IMG/VR virus record: IMGVR_UViG_3300025951_000004
DNA: 64,000 nucleotides
Reading direction: 5' to 3' (one strand)
Origin: an uncultured virus (IMG/VR IMGVR_UViG_3300025951_000004)
Lineage: Duplodnaviria > Heunggongvirae > Uroviricota > Caudoviricetes
Shown: in pieces, positions 9,396 to 18,196 of the stretch
Layout: the number at the start of each line of letters is the position of its first letter
Position numbering within the stretch: position 1 is the stretch's first letter
Program-made: the position numbers and the translations under genes
Notes under the pieces: model-generated
Databases searched by the model: none
What the model saw: only the letters and a program-made list of their open reading frames with translations
Told to the model about the DNA's origin: nothing

Positions 9396-9513
9396 GACTT
9401 GATGCTGGCCCCAAACGCGGGTTCGGTGAGTTCTTTGTTCGACATCGAGATCTCCTACTGTCGAAGCCCAGCCATCGTGAGATGGCAGGGCTTCCGGGGC
9501 AGGTGCGTCAGGC

Positions 9514-9948
9514 TTACCAGCCGCACTCGGGCCAGACGCACGGAGGCGTCTTCACGGTGATGATTTTTGGGGCTCCGCAGGCCGATCCTCCTTGCCAGCA
9601 CACCATCGTGCACCCCACGTAGGGCAAGCAGACGAGCGTGCAGCACATGTACGCGTCGTCGATCGGGTGCAAGGGGACGGCGAACCCGAACTCGCCTTCG
9701 TGCGGGATCGCCATGGTCTCTCCTGCGAGTAGCACCGAGACGCTGTCCGCGTCGAACACGAGCGTGTCGACGCTCGCCACGATCTCGATGTCGGTCGGGT
9801 CGTCGGCCAGCAGGCAGCCGATCACGTCGGAGCCGCTGGGGTCGAGGAGCAACTCGCCGTCGGTCGTGAATGTGGTCGGCTCCTCGACGGTGACCGTGCA
9901 GGGATTGGTGGACAGGGCGGCGAGGAAGGTGAGTGCGAAGATCATCAT
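9514..9948 (-). CDS. Cys-rich putative secreted protein
   Basis: Hydrophobic N-terminus; C-terminal CCTLVC..C..C..C..C..C. Confidence 0.55.
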   Translation of the reverse strand: MMIFALTFLAALSTNPCTVTVEEPTTFTTDGELLLDPSGSDVIGCLLADDPTDIEIVASVDTLVFDADSVSVLLAGETMAIPHEGEFGFAVPLHPIDDAYMCCTLVCLPYVGCTMVCWQGGSACGAPKIITVKTPPCVWPECGW

Positions 9949-10038
9949 GGTGGCGGTGCTTTCTGCGGCGTCGTGCCGCTCTCGCCTCCCGAGCGCGTCG
10001 GGGTGCGAGAGCGAGGCGGGCCTCGCTCGGGCGGGCCA

Positions 10039-10506
10039 TCAGCGCGTGGTGTCGTCGGAGCCCTTCAGCGAGACCTCACCCGACTGCGGGCCGTCGATCC
10101 GCACGAGCCCCAGGCAGAGCGAGTCAACGGGCAACACCCCCGTACCACCACAGTGAGGGCAGGCATGCAGCCGCTTGCTCTTCTGCTCAGCGAGCTTGGC
10201 CACGGTCCGGTGCGCGTGCACGAAGAGGCATCCGCTGGTGTACCGGGCTTGGGTCTCGCGCAATGTCGCGCCCGAGGCTGGCGACGTCGCGGCCGGCTCT
10301 GGCTCCCCGAGTACGCGGGCAAGGGCGGCCCGAGCTACCCATCGGATCGTGTCCTCGGCCACGTCGAGGCCGCAGACAAATATCGCCATGTCGAGCCTGT
10401 ACTGCCACGGGTCATCGGTCTGCGGGCGAGGTGCGAGATCGAAGGACTCGATCAGGAAGGCGGTTCGGTCGATGAGGGTGCTGTACGAGGTGCTGATGTC
10501 TTGCAT
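10039..10506 (-). CDS. hypothetical protein with CPHCGGTG motif
   Basis: AGGAG RBS after a structured leader. Confidence 0.55.
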   Translation of the reverse strand: MQDISTSYSTLIDRTAFLIESFDLAPRPQTDDPWQYRLDMAIFVCGLDVAEDTIRWVARAALARVLGEPEPAATSPASGATLRETQARYTSGCLFVHAHRTVAKLAEQKSKRLHACPHCGGTGVLPVDSLCLGLVRIDGPQSGEVSLKGSDDTTR

Positions 10507-10591
10507 TGTCCGGGGTCTCCTACCGCCGAATGCCCGCCCCTTGCGAGGGCGGGCCGGTGTCGGTCGCGGGCCGGCGGCCTCGCGCGTGAAG

Positions 10592-11362
10592 TCATCCGCG
10601 ACTGCCGATGCTCCGTAGGTGATCGAGTCCTCGGTTTGTCACGATCGAGTTCCAGCGCTCTTTCTCGTCCACGTCGCAGGTCGTCACGAGTCCGGCGTTG
10701 GCCAGCCGGTCGAGTGCGGCTTGGCGAGGCGCGACGCCCAGCGCTCCGTCGGCCCAGCGAAGGGTCTCGCGCTCGTCGAAGTCCAGAGTGATGAGGTCGG
10801 AGTCGTTGGTGGTCGTGGGAGTCGTGGTGTCACGAGCGTCGACGCGAATGCGCATGCTCTCCAGCGTCGAAGCAAGATCGTCGAGCGAGTGCACCCGCTC
10901 GACGCGGTAGCCAACGTCGACGGTATAGCTCCACTCGCCTTCGGTGTTGAGGCACTCGCACAACACCGCGGCGCTGCGCCCCGTGCCAAACGAGAAGCGG
11001 CGCTCGAAATCGTGGTTGCCTCCCTTGCCGATCTGCATTCCATGCCTCTCGTTTCCTTCGTCGAAGGCAACCCACTCTCGCCCAATGGTCGTATGGCTGG
11101 GACTCACGTACTCGTGGCGGATGAACTCGGCGGGTGCGGGGAAACACCCGAGCCCCTGCGAACACGCCTTCTCACAGGCGATGCGGTGCGCGTCGGGGAT
11201 GATGTCTTCGAGCGACTCGAAGATGAGTCGCTCGACCATCCCGAGCAGAACCTCCGGAGCGTCAGCCCCGAACACACCGGCCGCACGAGCAAAGGCCGTG
11301 AGCGCGAGCGCGTCGGAAGCAAAAGAGCGGGAATCCAGGATGATGATGTCGGAGTTGTTCAT
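10592..11362 (-). CDS. hypothetical protein
   Basis: ORF MNNSDIIILD...; internal repeat NDSDLITLD. Confidence 0.55.
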   Translation of the reverse strand: MNNSDIIILDSRSFASDALALTAFARAAGVFGADAPEVLLGMVERLIFESLEDIIPDAHRIACEKACSQGLGCFPAPAEFIRHEYVSPSHTTIGREWVAFDEGNERHGMQIGKGGNHDFERRFSFGTGRSAAVLCECLNTEGEWSYTVDVGYRVERVHSLDDLASTLESMRIRVDARDTTTPTTTNDSDLITLDFDERETLRWADGALGVAPRQAALDRLANAGLVTTCDVDEKERWNSIVTNRGLDHLRSIGSRG

Positions 11363-11497
11363 GGTCGTGGTCGTCTTTCGCCCCTCTCTGCTCGGGGATG
11401 GCAGCGTGCAAGCCGGCATGCGCGGTGGGCAGTCGTGCCGCCCTCGAGTCCCGATCGCGTCGGAGTCGAGGGCGAGGCGGTGCCTCGCTCGGGTCGG

Positions 11498-11822
11498 TCA
11501 GTAGGTCAGTCCAGCAGCATCCGCAGCTTCTTGGACTTGGCACTCGATCACGCCGACCAGATGCCGGTGTTCGCCGACGATGGAGGCGACATGACGAATC
11601 GGCCCACACCTCGAGCGGCGTCCCGCAGGTCCCCAACTGATGCCGCCGGCCGATGGTCGGCTGCGCGGGGTCGCGGTACAGGGTGACCCCGCCAACAACG
11701 GGGTCGCCATCGTCCATGGTAATCTCGATCTCGGCATCAACGGCCCCTTCGGAATCGCATAGGGCCGAAGCGGCAACGGACAGGACGCGGACGGCGGGGA
11801 GCGTGATGGCTTGGTGGGTCAT
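11498..11822 (-). CDS. hypothetical protein, probable frameshift near 11595
   Basis: Codon-like frame switches from VWADS to HVASIVGEH...AGLTY. Confidence 0.4.
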
Positions 11823-11893
11823 GGGTCGAGGGTCTCCTACTGCCGAAGCCCCGCACGACCTTCGTCGGCGGGGCGGGGGGCGGCAACGCGTCG

Positions 11894-11922
11894 AATATGG
11901 CCGCCATGCGCGACGTAGTCAA
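11894..11922 (-). promoter_or_regulatory. sigma70-like promoter TTGACT-N17-CATATT
   Basis: Near-consensus hexamers upstream of a hairpin leader and RBS. Confidence 0.6.
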
Positions 11923-12063
11923 CATGCAATCGCTGACTTTCTGCGTGCGGTCGGTCACTGGTTGGCGAGCCTTGCGAATGCGGCTGCGCGCCGGCGGCCC
12001 GCATGGCTTGCGAGCACGAGCTCGGTGCTTGCCCCTGCCCCGGGCTCGTGCTGCCCTCCCGGG

Positions 12064-12504
12064 CTACAGCGTCTCCGTCGCCACGCCGCGCGCACCGAGA
12101 TCTTGCCGGATCTCTGTCCAAATTCCGATGCACGCCTTCGCCATTCCTGCTTGCCTCGAGGACAGCTCGAGCCGCGGCGTGGGCAGCTCGATGATCAGAT
12201 CACAAGGCTTGCCGCTCGGGTTCCCGCCCAGCCATTTGCGCAGGCCTCGGACAGCGGCAACGCCTTCGAGGATCCACGGCCCGGGCTCCGCGAGCCACAC
12301 GTTGGCGATGTGCTCCGACGCGGCTGACCACTCGAACCGATCGATCAAGTCGTCGGTGTGCAGCAGCGGCACGCCGAGCTCGGCGGAGATCGCCAACCCC
12401 AACGTCGTCTTGCCTGCCTTCGGGGACCCGATGATCACGGTCCGCCGAGCGTTGTGGTTCTTCACAGCGTCGACGATCTCGGCGAATTGCTCGTTGGTGG
12501 TCAT
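12064..12504 (-). CDS. small P-loop kinase (adenylate-kinase-like)
   Basis: Walker A GSPKAGKTT, LLHTDD, WILEG. Confidence 0.75.
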   Translation of the reverse strand: MTTNEQFAEIVDAVKNHNARRTVIIGSPKAGKTTLGLAISAELGVPLLHTDDLIDRFEWSAASEHIANVWLAEPGPWILEGVAAVRGLRKWLGGNPSGKPCDLIIELPTPRLELSSRQAGMAKACIGIWTEIRQDLGARGVATETL

Positions 12505-12531
12505 CAGGCTTCCGAGGGTAGCAGCGGTTGA

Positions 12532-12819
12532 TCACTCCGTGTCGTCGGGCAGGTACTTGGTCACGGTCACATCGCGCGGATAGACGCGGGTCAGGTCGTC
12601 ATCGACGTCGGTCTGCCCATCGTCGCCGCACGATACGGAGGCGGTCAACAGCCAATACGTGCCGCTGGCCAAGTGCTTCACGGTCTTGCTCGCCGTGTAG
12701 CCCCAGCGCGTGGGGTCTTCCAATTCGGTGGGCCCCACCGCCTCGAAGTCTTCGTGGTCGTCGAACCAGATCTCGTTCATGGCCTCGTCGTCGTACTCGG
12801 GGAGATTGATGTCGCTCAT
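12532..12819 (-). CDS. acidic hypothetical phage protein
   Basis: MSDINLPEYDDE...VYPRDVTVTKY. Confidence 0.6.
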   Translation of the reverse strand: MSDINLPEYDDEAMNEIWFDDHEDFEAVGPTELEDPTRWGYTASKTVKHLASGTYWLLTASVSCGDDGQTDVDDDLTRVYPRDVTVTKYLPDDTE

Positions 12820-12860
12820 CGCTGGCCCATACCACCGGATCGCGGCTCGGATTCCTCGGC

Positions 12861-13463
12861 TCAGTTCGTCCGGCGATCCGCGATGGCCCGCTGCAACGTA
12901 GCCGGGTCCGCGTGTTCGAGCTCGCCGCCGGTCACGATCCCGGAAGCGATGCGGCTGACCACCACACCGAGCGGCTCCAAGACCCGCGCCAGGTAGAGCG
13001 AGGTCGCGTCTCCGTTGACGCTCGAGCTCGTCGCTATGATGACCTCGGCAACCTGGCCTTCGCGCGCACGCTCGAGCAGGACCTCCACGCGGAGCTGCTT
13101 CGGTCCGACACCGGCGATCGGGTCTAGCAGCCCACCGAGCACGTGGTAGAGCCCGCGGAACCCAGCGGTCCGCTCGACGGCGATCCGGTCCTGCGGCGTT
13201 GCGACCACGCAGATCAGCGAGACGTCGCGCCTGGCGTCGGCGCAGATCCGGCAGACCTCGAGCGCCGACAAGTCGCCGCAGACCGAGCACGTATTCAACA
13301 CCTGGCCGATCCCCGCGATCGCCGAGGCGAGGCCAGCGAGGTAGTCGGGCTCGCGGCGCGCAAGGTCGAGCGCCAGTCGCATCGCGGTCCGCTCACCGAT
13401 GCCGGGGAGGCGGGATAGCAGCGCGGCCAGGCGCGCGAGCGGGTCGTGGTCGATGCTGGTCAT
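12861..13463 (-). CDS. recR: recombination mediator RecR
   Basis: HhH LPGIGERTA, C4 zinc finger CSVC...CRIC, YHVLGG, TOPRIM EVIIAT...G.AT.LY, SRIASGI..GGELE. Confidence 0.93.
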   Translation of the reverse strand: MTSIDHDPLARLAALLSRLPGIGERTAMRLALDLARREPDYLAGLASAIAGIGQVLNTCSVCGDLSALEVCRICADARRDVSLICVVATPQDRIAVERTAGFRGLYHVLGGLLDPIAGVGPKQLRVEVLLERAREGQVAEVIIATSSSVNGDATSLYLARVLEPLGVVVSRIASGIVTGGELEHADPATLQRAIADRRTN

Positions 13464-13471
13464 CGACGCTT

Positions 13472-14380
13472 CTACTCCATATCGGCGATCATATCGGCGA
13501 ATTCTTCCCAGCGATCCGAGAGCTTGCCGAGAACCGCTTTGGCCTCGCCCTCGCGCTCGACAACGGCATCGTAGAGCGGCCGGTCCAGGTACTGGTCGAT
13601 CGCCTCGGTGATCAAGCTGTGGAGCGTCGCTGGTTCGAGCGCGTCCAGCTCCCACGACTCGTCGCCGAACTCGGCTTCGTAGCCCACGAATCGTGAGTCG
13701 GTGGTCTTCGCCGGGTTCGGCGGCGGGTTGTGCTCCTCGACCTGGTCCATGTTCAGAGCGATCCGAAGCACCTCCACGCTCACCCCGAAGGTCGCGTTGA
13801 TGCGCTCGGTGATGTCGCGCGTCATGTCCATCCCGCTCGGGTCGTGGTCGCCAAGGTGGATGATCACGGGGCTTTGCCTGTTGACTCGGTACCGCTTCAT
13901 CCGCATCGCCGCTCGCCACATTTCGGACTGCGACGTGTAGCCCTTGCAGGCGAAGTACGGGCAATCGCGTCCGTCCGCGGCCAAGCCGACGATCGCTTCG
14001 AGCGCTTGCTTCTCGACCCAGACCTCAACGCGGTAGTGCTGGCCCGCCCATCGGTCCATCGAGAAGCTCCGCGCGGCCGTGTCGATGATGTCCGCGGGCG
14101 TGTCCCAGTGCGACGATCGGTGAAGCTCGCGACCGCGGTCCTCGATCGCATCCCAGTCGAGCAGCCCAGCAAGCCGCGCGTCGTTGATGATCGACCCGAC
14201 GCGCTTGTAGGACTTCTCGGTGTTCGGGATCGCATCGCGGGCCACGAACCGGTAGTACAGCTGGCGCAACGTGAGCGAGAGCCCCTGCGCTGCGTAGTCT
14301 CGGATGATCTCCTGTGCGGTGGTGACGATCTCCATCGACGACGCGCTGAAGTTCCGTGGCTGGTAGCAGATCAATGGCAT
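13472..14380 (-). CDS. Spo11/topoisomerase VI subunit A-like protein
   Basis: TLRQLYY (catalytic-Tyr winged helix), VWVEKQA and GDHDPSG TOPRIM motifs. Confidence 0.8.
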   Translation of the reverse strand: MPLICYQPRNFSASSMEIVTTAQEIIRDYAAQGLSLTLRQLYYRFVARDAIPNTEKSYKRVGSIINDARLAGLLDWDAIEDRGRELHRSSHWDTPADIIDTAARSFSMDRWAGQHYRVEVWVEKQALEAIVGLAADGRDCPYFACKGYTSQSEMWRAAMRMKRYRVNRQSPVIIHLGDHDPSGMDMTRDITERINATFGVSVEVLRIALNMDQVEEHNPPPNPAKTTDSRFVGYEAEFGDESWELDALEPATLHSLITEAIDQYLDRPLYDAVVEREGEAKAVLGKLSDRWEEFADMIADME

Positions 14381-14407
14381 GGCCGCGATACTGGCTGAGC
14401 CGCCCGC

Positions 14408-15523
14408 CTATTCCTGGCGCGCGCGGCTCAGGCGAGCCTCGTCGTCGCGCCCGAGCAAGAGCCTGAACTCGCGCTCGCGGATCGCCTGCCGGATCTCGAG
14501 CGGGCCGGGCGGCTCGTGCATCAGCTCGCTGCCGTCGCACGGCTTGGCCATGAGCTCGGCCTTCTTGTCGGAGAACCTCGAGACCATGGAGCCGTCGATC
14601 GAGTGCACGCCGATGTCGCTGCACAGCTGCGCTCGCCGCTGGCCGTTGACCCGACCGACGTGCACACGCAGCCCGAGCTGGAGCCCGAGTTCGGACCAGG
14701 CGTGCACGGTCGCCCACTTCCACTCGGTCGATCCGCCCACGAAGATCCCGGTGAAGCGATGCTCGAGCAGCGCCTCACGGACGCGCTCGACCTCCATGCC
14801 GTCCTGGACGGCGAGCAGCCACGGGAGGTCGCCACAGCTCGAGCGCTTGGCCTTCAGCCAGTCGACCGAAAACGCGAGCGACTCGTAGCCGGCCCCGATC
14901 TTGTCGGGCGCAACGACGAACCGCGGCACGAGGTCACGCTCAGAGAGGCGCGAGAGCATCCGCAGCAGCGGCTCATCGCTCCACTCGACGGCCGCCTGGT
15001 GACAGGACCAGACGCCGTTGTCGAGGACGAACGGGAGTCCTTCGATCGGGTTCGCTTGCCCGCTCAGATCGCGGATCTGGACGCTAGTCGCGGTCGAGCG
15101 CGTCGAGATCGGGGACAGCAACGCGCCGAAGTTGTGCGCGCGGCAAGCCGCGATCGTCTTCTCGCCAGTCGGCCAGCAGACGTAGAGGCGCAGCGGAGCC
15201 GCGCGCGAGCGCAGGATCATCCGCCGCGGAAGGTGCTCGACGGTCATCCTCTCCTCGCCGCGGCGGACCTCGATGCCGAGGCGCACCAGCTGGCCGGCGC
15301 TGTGGTCGATGCCGCCGGAGAACTCGGTCGGCGCGAGGGCTCGTCCGCCGTTCTGGTAGCGGTGCGCGAGTCCGGCGAGCGCCTTCGCTGGGATGCGCAC
15401 CCCGTCGATCACCGCGTCGAACTCGGTCGCTGACCCGTAGCCGTAGACGGCCATCGTGAAGGCCGTCCCGCCGCGGGCAAACTCGCGGGCGGCCGCAAGC
15501 ACGGGCTCGCGAGTGAGCTTCAT
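14408..15523 (-). CDS. TGT/DpdA-like barrel protein with ScoMcrA-like N-terminal head domain
   Basis: N-terminal TREPVLAAAREF...YGYG...AKALAGLAH...FSGG...LVRLGIEV; C-terminal LDNG, VAPD, AVQDG, FVGGSTEWK, HVGRVN, SIDGS. Confidence 0.7.
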   Translation of the reverse strand: MKLTREPVLAAAREFARGGTAFTMAVYGYGSATEFDAVIDGVRIPAKALAGLAHRYQNGGRALAPTEFSGGIDHSAGQLVRLGIEVRRGEERMTVEHLPRRMILRSRAAPLRLYVCWPTGEKTIAACRAHNFGALLSPISTRSTATSVQIRDLSGQANPIEGLPFVLDNGVWSCHQAAVEWSDEPLLRMLSRLSERDLVPRFVVAPDKIGAGYESLAFSVDWLKAKRSSCGDLPWLLAVQDGMEVERVREALLEHRFTGIFVGGSTEWKWATVHAWSELGLQLGLRVHVGRVNGQRRAQLCSDIGVHSIDGSMVSRFSDKKAELMAKPCDGSELMHEPPGPLEIRQAIREREFRLLLGRDDEARLSRARQE

Positions 15524-16104
15524 GGCCTGCCCTTCATCGCGATCCCATCGCAGATTCGGATGGCCTCGGCCCTCGCCGACAGCGACGAACCTTCGAGCCC
15601 GGAAAGCAGATCGGCAACGACTGCCGCGCTGGCCGAGACGCGCGAGAGCTTGAGCTCGGCGGCCATGGCTCGCGACTGCCAGTCGGCGACCAGCCGGATC
15701 GCGGCTTCATGCTCGCGCGTCCTTGATTCGAGCATGGCGATCGTCTGACCGAGCAGCTCGCAGGCTCGCTCGTAGGAGTACGGACGCGGGTCCGGCAGCC
15801 GAGCAGGTTGGTCTGCCGGCGGGATGAGCCCGAGCGCGCGGAGCTGGTCGGTGGTCAGAGTTGGCATCGTGTCGGCCTTCGCTCGGTTGCATTCACCACA
15901 GGCGGCAACGATGTTGTCTGGCTCGTCTTTGCCGCCGCGCGACAATGGGATGATGTGGTCGGCAGTCTCGCTCTCGGGCAGGTTCTGAGTCTTCCGCATG
16001 GGCCTCCCGCAGTAGTAGCAACGCCCGCCTTGCTTCATACTCGCGGCTCGCCTCCACTCTCGCTTGCGGCGGCGTTGCCTCTGGTTGTGCTGGTGTCGAG
16101 TCAC
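15520..16104 (-). CDS. HNH endonuclease with helical C-terminal tail
   Basis: CYYCG...TADHIIPLSRGG...NIVAACGECNRAK. Confidence 0.9.
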   Translation of the reverse strand: MTRHQHNQRQRRRKREWRRAASMKQGGRCYYCGRPMRKTQNLPESETADHIIPLSRGGKDEPDNIVAACGECNRAKADTMPTLTTDQLRALGLIPPADQPARLPDPRPYSYERACELLGQTIAMLESRTREHEAAIRLVADWQSRAMAAELKLSRVSASAAVVADLLSGLEGSSLSARAEAIRICDGIAMKGRP

Positions 16105-17615
16105 TTGCGGTCATCCAGCCGAGCTACGCACACGTCGAACGCGCGGCGCAGCTGGGCGCGCGTGTACGCGCCGTCGATGAAGTCCCAGGGAAGTGGGGCT
16201 TCGAGTTCGAGCGGCCCGAAGCCGACGCCCGCGATGTCCTCGGCCTGCTCGGGCGTGACCTTCGTGCGCAGCGAAGCGAGCAGGCGCAGCGCTCCCTCTC
16301 CGCTCGAGCGGCTGAGCACGGTGCAGACCTTCGCCATCGAGTCCGTGCGCCCGCCGAGTTGCTCGATGAGAAGCCACGGGTCCCGCTCGAGCGAGCGCAT
16401 GACGTCGATCTTGGCGCGAGCAGCTGCGCCGGCTCCGAACCACTGCGCGGGCGTCCACGGCAACGGCTGGAACGGCTGCCAGTGCAGCGACAGCTTGCGC
16501 TTGGTCTTGCCGCGGCGGCGCTGCTGGATCGTCGTGACGACGCGCGCGAGGTCGAGGGTCTCGCGATCGCGCTCCGCTGGCAGTCCGCTGATCATGTGCC
16601 AGGCTGTGCGCCCGACCGTGGGCCCCTCGATCGAGTCGAGGAAGGTCAGCGTGTCCGCAATCAGGCGCTCGTCTGTCAGGTAGCCCTTGCCGAAGGCGCG
16701 CCTGAGCCGATGCGAGACCCCCTCGACGCCGAAAGCGTAGCGCTTGCTGCCGGGTGTGGAGACATCGGGGTTCAGCAGCAGCGTGTCGAGCCTGCCAGTC
16801 CAGCCCTGGTCGATCCCTCCGTGGTCCGCGAGCGCGGCCCTGATCTCGCCGATCCCGGAGTGAGACTCGGCGTCGCCAGCCTGCAGGTGGACGCGCTTCG
16901 GCGAGCGCCTGATCTGCGTGATCACGTCGGCAGAGGTGTTCTCGCGGACCGGCGCGCGCCAGCCAAGCGAGCAGAATGTGCACTTGTAGCGACAGCCGCG
17001 GGCGATCTCGATCCTGCGCGTGCCGTCGAGGCTCACGCTGATCTCGTCACGAAGACTCGCGTCGATCACGTCGGAAACGGACAGCTGCACACGATCGTGA
17101 GCCGGGTCGTGCACGCTCGGCACGTAGACGCCGGGTACCCCGGCCGCCTGCTCGAGGAACGTCTGCCTGCGCGCCCCCGTGTTCCATAACGCGAGCAGGG
17201 CCGGCAGGGGCTGCTCCGCGTCGCCTACGACGATCAGATCCGCGATCAGGTCGAATGGGCGCGGGTTGGCGAGACCCTGGCCGCCGGCCCACACGAGCGG
17301 GTCCGAGTCCGTCCGGGCGCGCCGGTCGAGCGGTAGCCCCCAGCGATCGAAGTGCTGTGCCGCGCCGATCATGCAGCGCGAGTCCAGCACGCTGATGAAC
17401 ACCGCATCGAAGTCGCGAGCGCGACGATCGGTCAGCGACTCCTCTGCGACCAGATTGAGCCCATGCGGCTGGCCGATCGTCCCGACGACCGCGAGCGAGT
17501 ACACGAGGCCGTGCGGGACCTTCGTGCCCTCCTGTTGCTCGAGCAGACGCCACGCAGAGAAGCTCGACGCTAGGGCCCTCATCGAGGGCCTCAACATCGA
17601 GCTTCTCTGGAGCAT
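16101..17615 (-). CDS. radical SAM protein (B12-binding-like/TIGR03960-type architecture); start uncertain
   Basis: EIARGCRYKCTFC (CxxxCxxC), WAGG...NPRP...IVVGDAE, PGVYVP, FQPLPWTPAQW, LPWDFI. Confidence 0.85.
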   Translation of the reverse strand: MLQRSSMLRPSMRALASSFSAWRLLEQQEGTKVPHGLVYSLAVVGTIGQPHGLNLVAEESLTDRRARDFDAVFISVLDSRCMIGAAQHFDRWGLPLDRRARTDSDPLVWAGGQGLANPRPFDLIADLIVVGDAEQPLPALLALWNTGARRQTFLEQAAGVPGVYVPSVHDPAHDRVQLSVSDVIDASLRDEISVSLDGTRRIEIARGCRYKCTFCSLGWRAPVRENTSADVITQIRRSPKRVHLQAGDAESHSGIGEIRAALADHGGIDQGWTGRLDTLLLNPDVSTPGSKRYAFGVEGVSHRLRRAFGKGYLTDERLIADTLTFLDSIEGPTVGRTAWHMISGLPAERDRETLDLARVVTTIQQRRRGKTKRKLSLHWQPFQPLPWTPAQWFGAGAAARAKIDVMRSLERDPWLLIEQLGGRTDSMAKVCTVLSRSSGEGALRLLASLRTKVTPEQAEDIAGVGFGPLELEAPLPWDFIDGAYTRAQLRRAFDVCVARLDDRK

Positions 17616-17621
17616 TCCTAC

Positions 17622-17930
17622 TCAGCGAGACTTCACGGTGACGAGCGCTTTCTTGGCACCCACGCCGTGGCGCTCGATGATGTGGACGGGCGGCGGCCCA
17701 ACCACGTAGCGGATCCGCCACGGCCGGCGTCCGACCAGCTCGACCACTCCATCCGAGCCGGGCTCGCTGGTCGGCTTGGCTGCCAGCGCCTCGTCGGCGA
17801 GGAACATCATCGCCTCGTGTAGCGAGCGACAACCCGTGGCCTTGCCGTGTCGCTCGACGAACCGCTCGAGCGCGTGGTCGGTCACGTACCATGGACCCGA
17901 ATCCTCGGGGCCGTACCACGCTGCCCGCAC
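17622..17930 (-). CDS. hypothetical protein
   Basis: VTDHALERFVER motif. Confidence 0.55.
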   Translation of the reverse strand: MRAAWYGPEDSGPWYVTDHALERFVERHGKATGCRSLHEAMMFLADEALAAKPTSEPGSDGVVELVGRRPWRIRYVVGPPPVHIIERHGVGAKKALVTVKSR

Positions 17931-18196
17931 GAGGGCGAGTAGGCAGCCGATAGCAGCGGGATGCCCATCACCAAATTCGACAGCAATCTTGCGCCAGTCA
18001 TCGCAGAGAGCGAGCCGAGTCGTTCCGCCCCGGGCAAGCCAGTTCTTGTGGTCGGACAGCCACTGGTCGATCTATTCCCGGGGCCCATATCCACGTCGCC
18101 TCCTGCCGCGCGGGTGATCGTCGGCGACGCGGTCGAGGACCCGTCGCCACGCGATCGTGAACACGAACAACGCGAGTACGAAGATGCCAGCGATCT

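Noticed and set aside
13472..14380. Wadjet JetD defence system
   Set aside because: No jetABC/SMC genes are present
16101..17615. QueE / complete 7-deazaguanine pathway
   Set aside because: The architecture is not QueE-like, and no queC, queD or folE is present in the window
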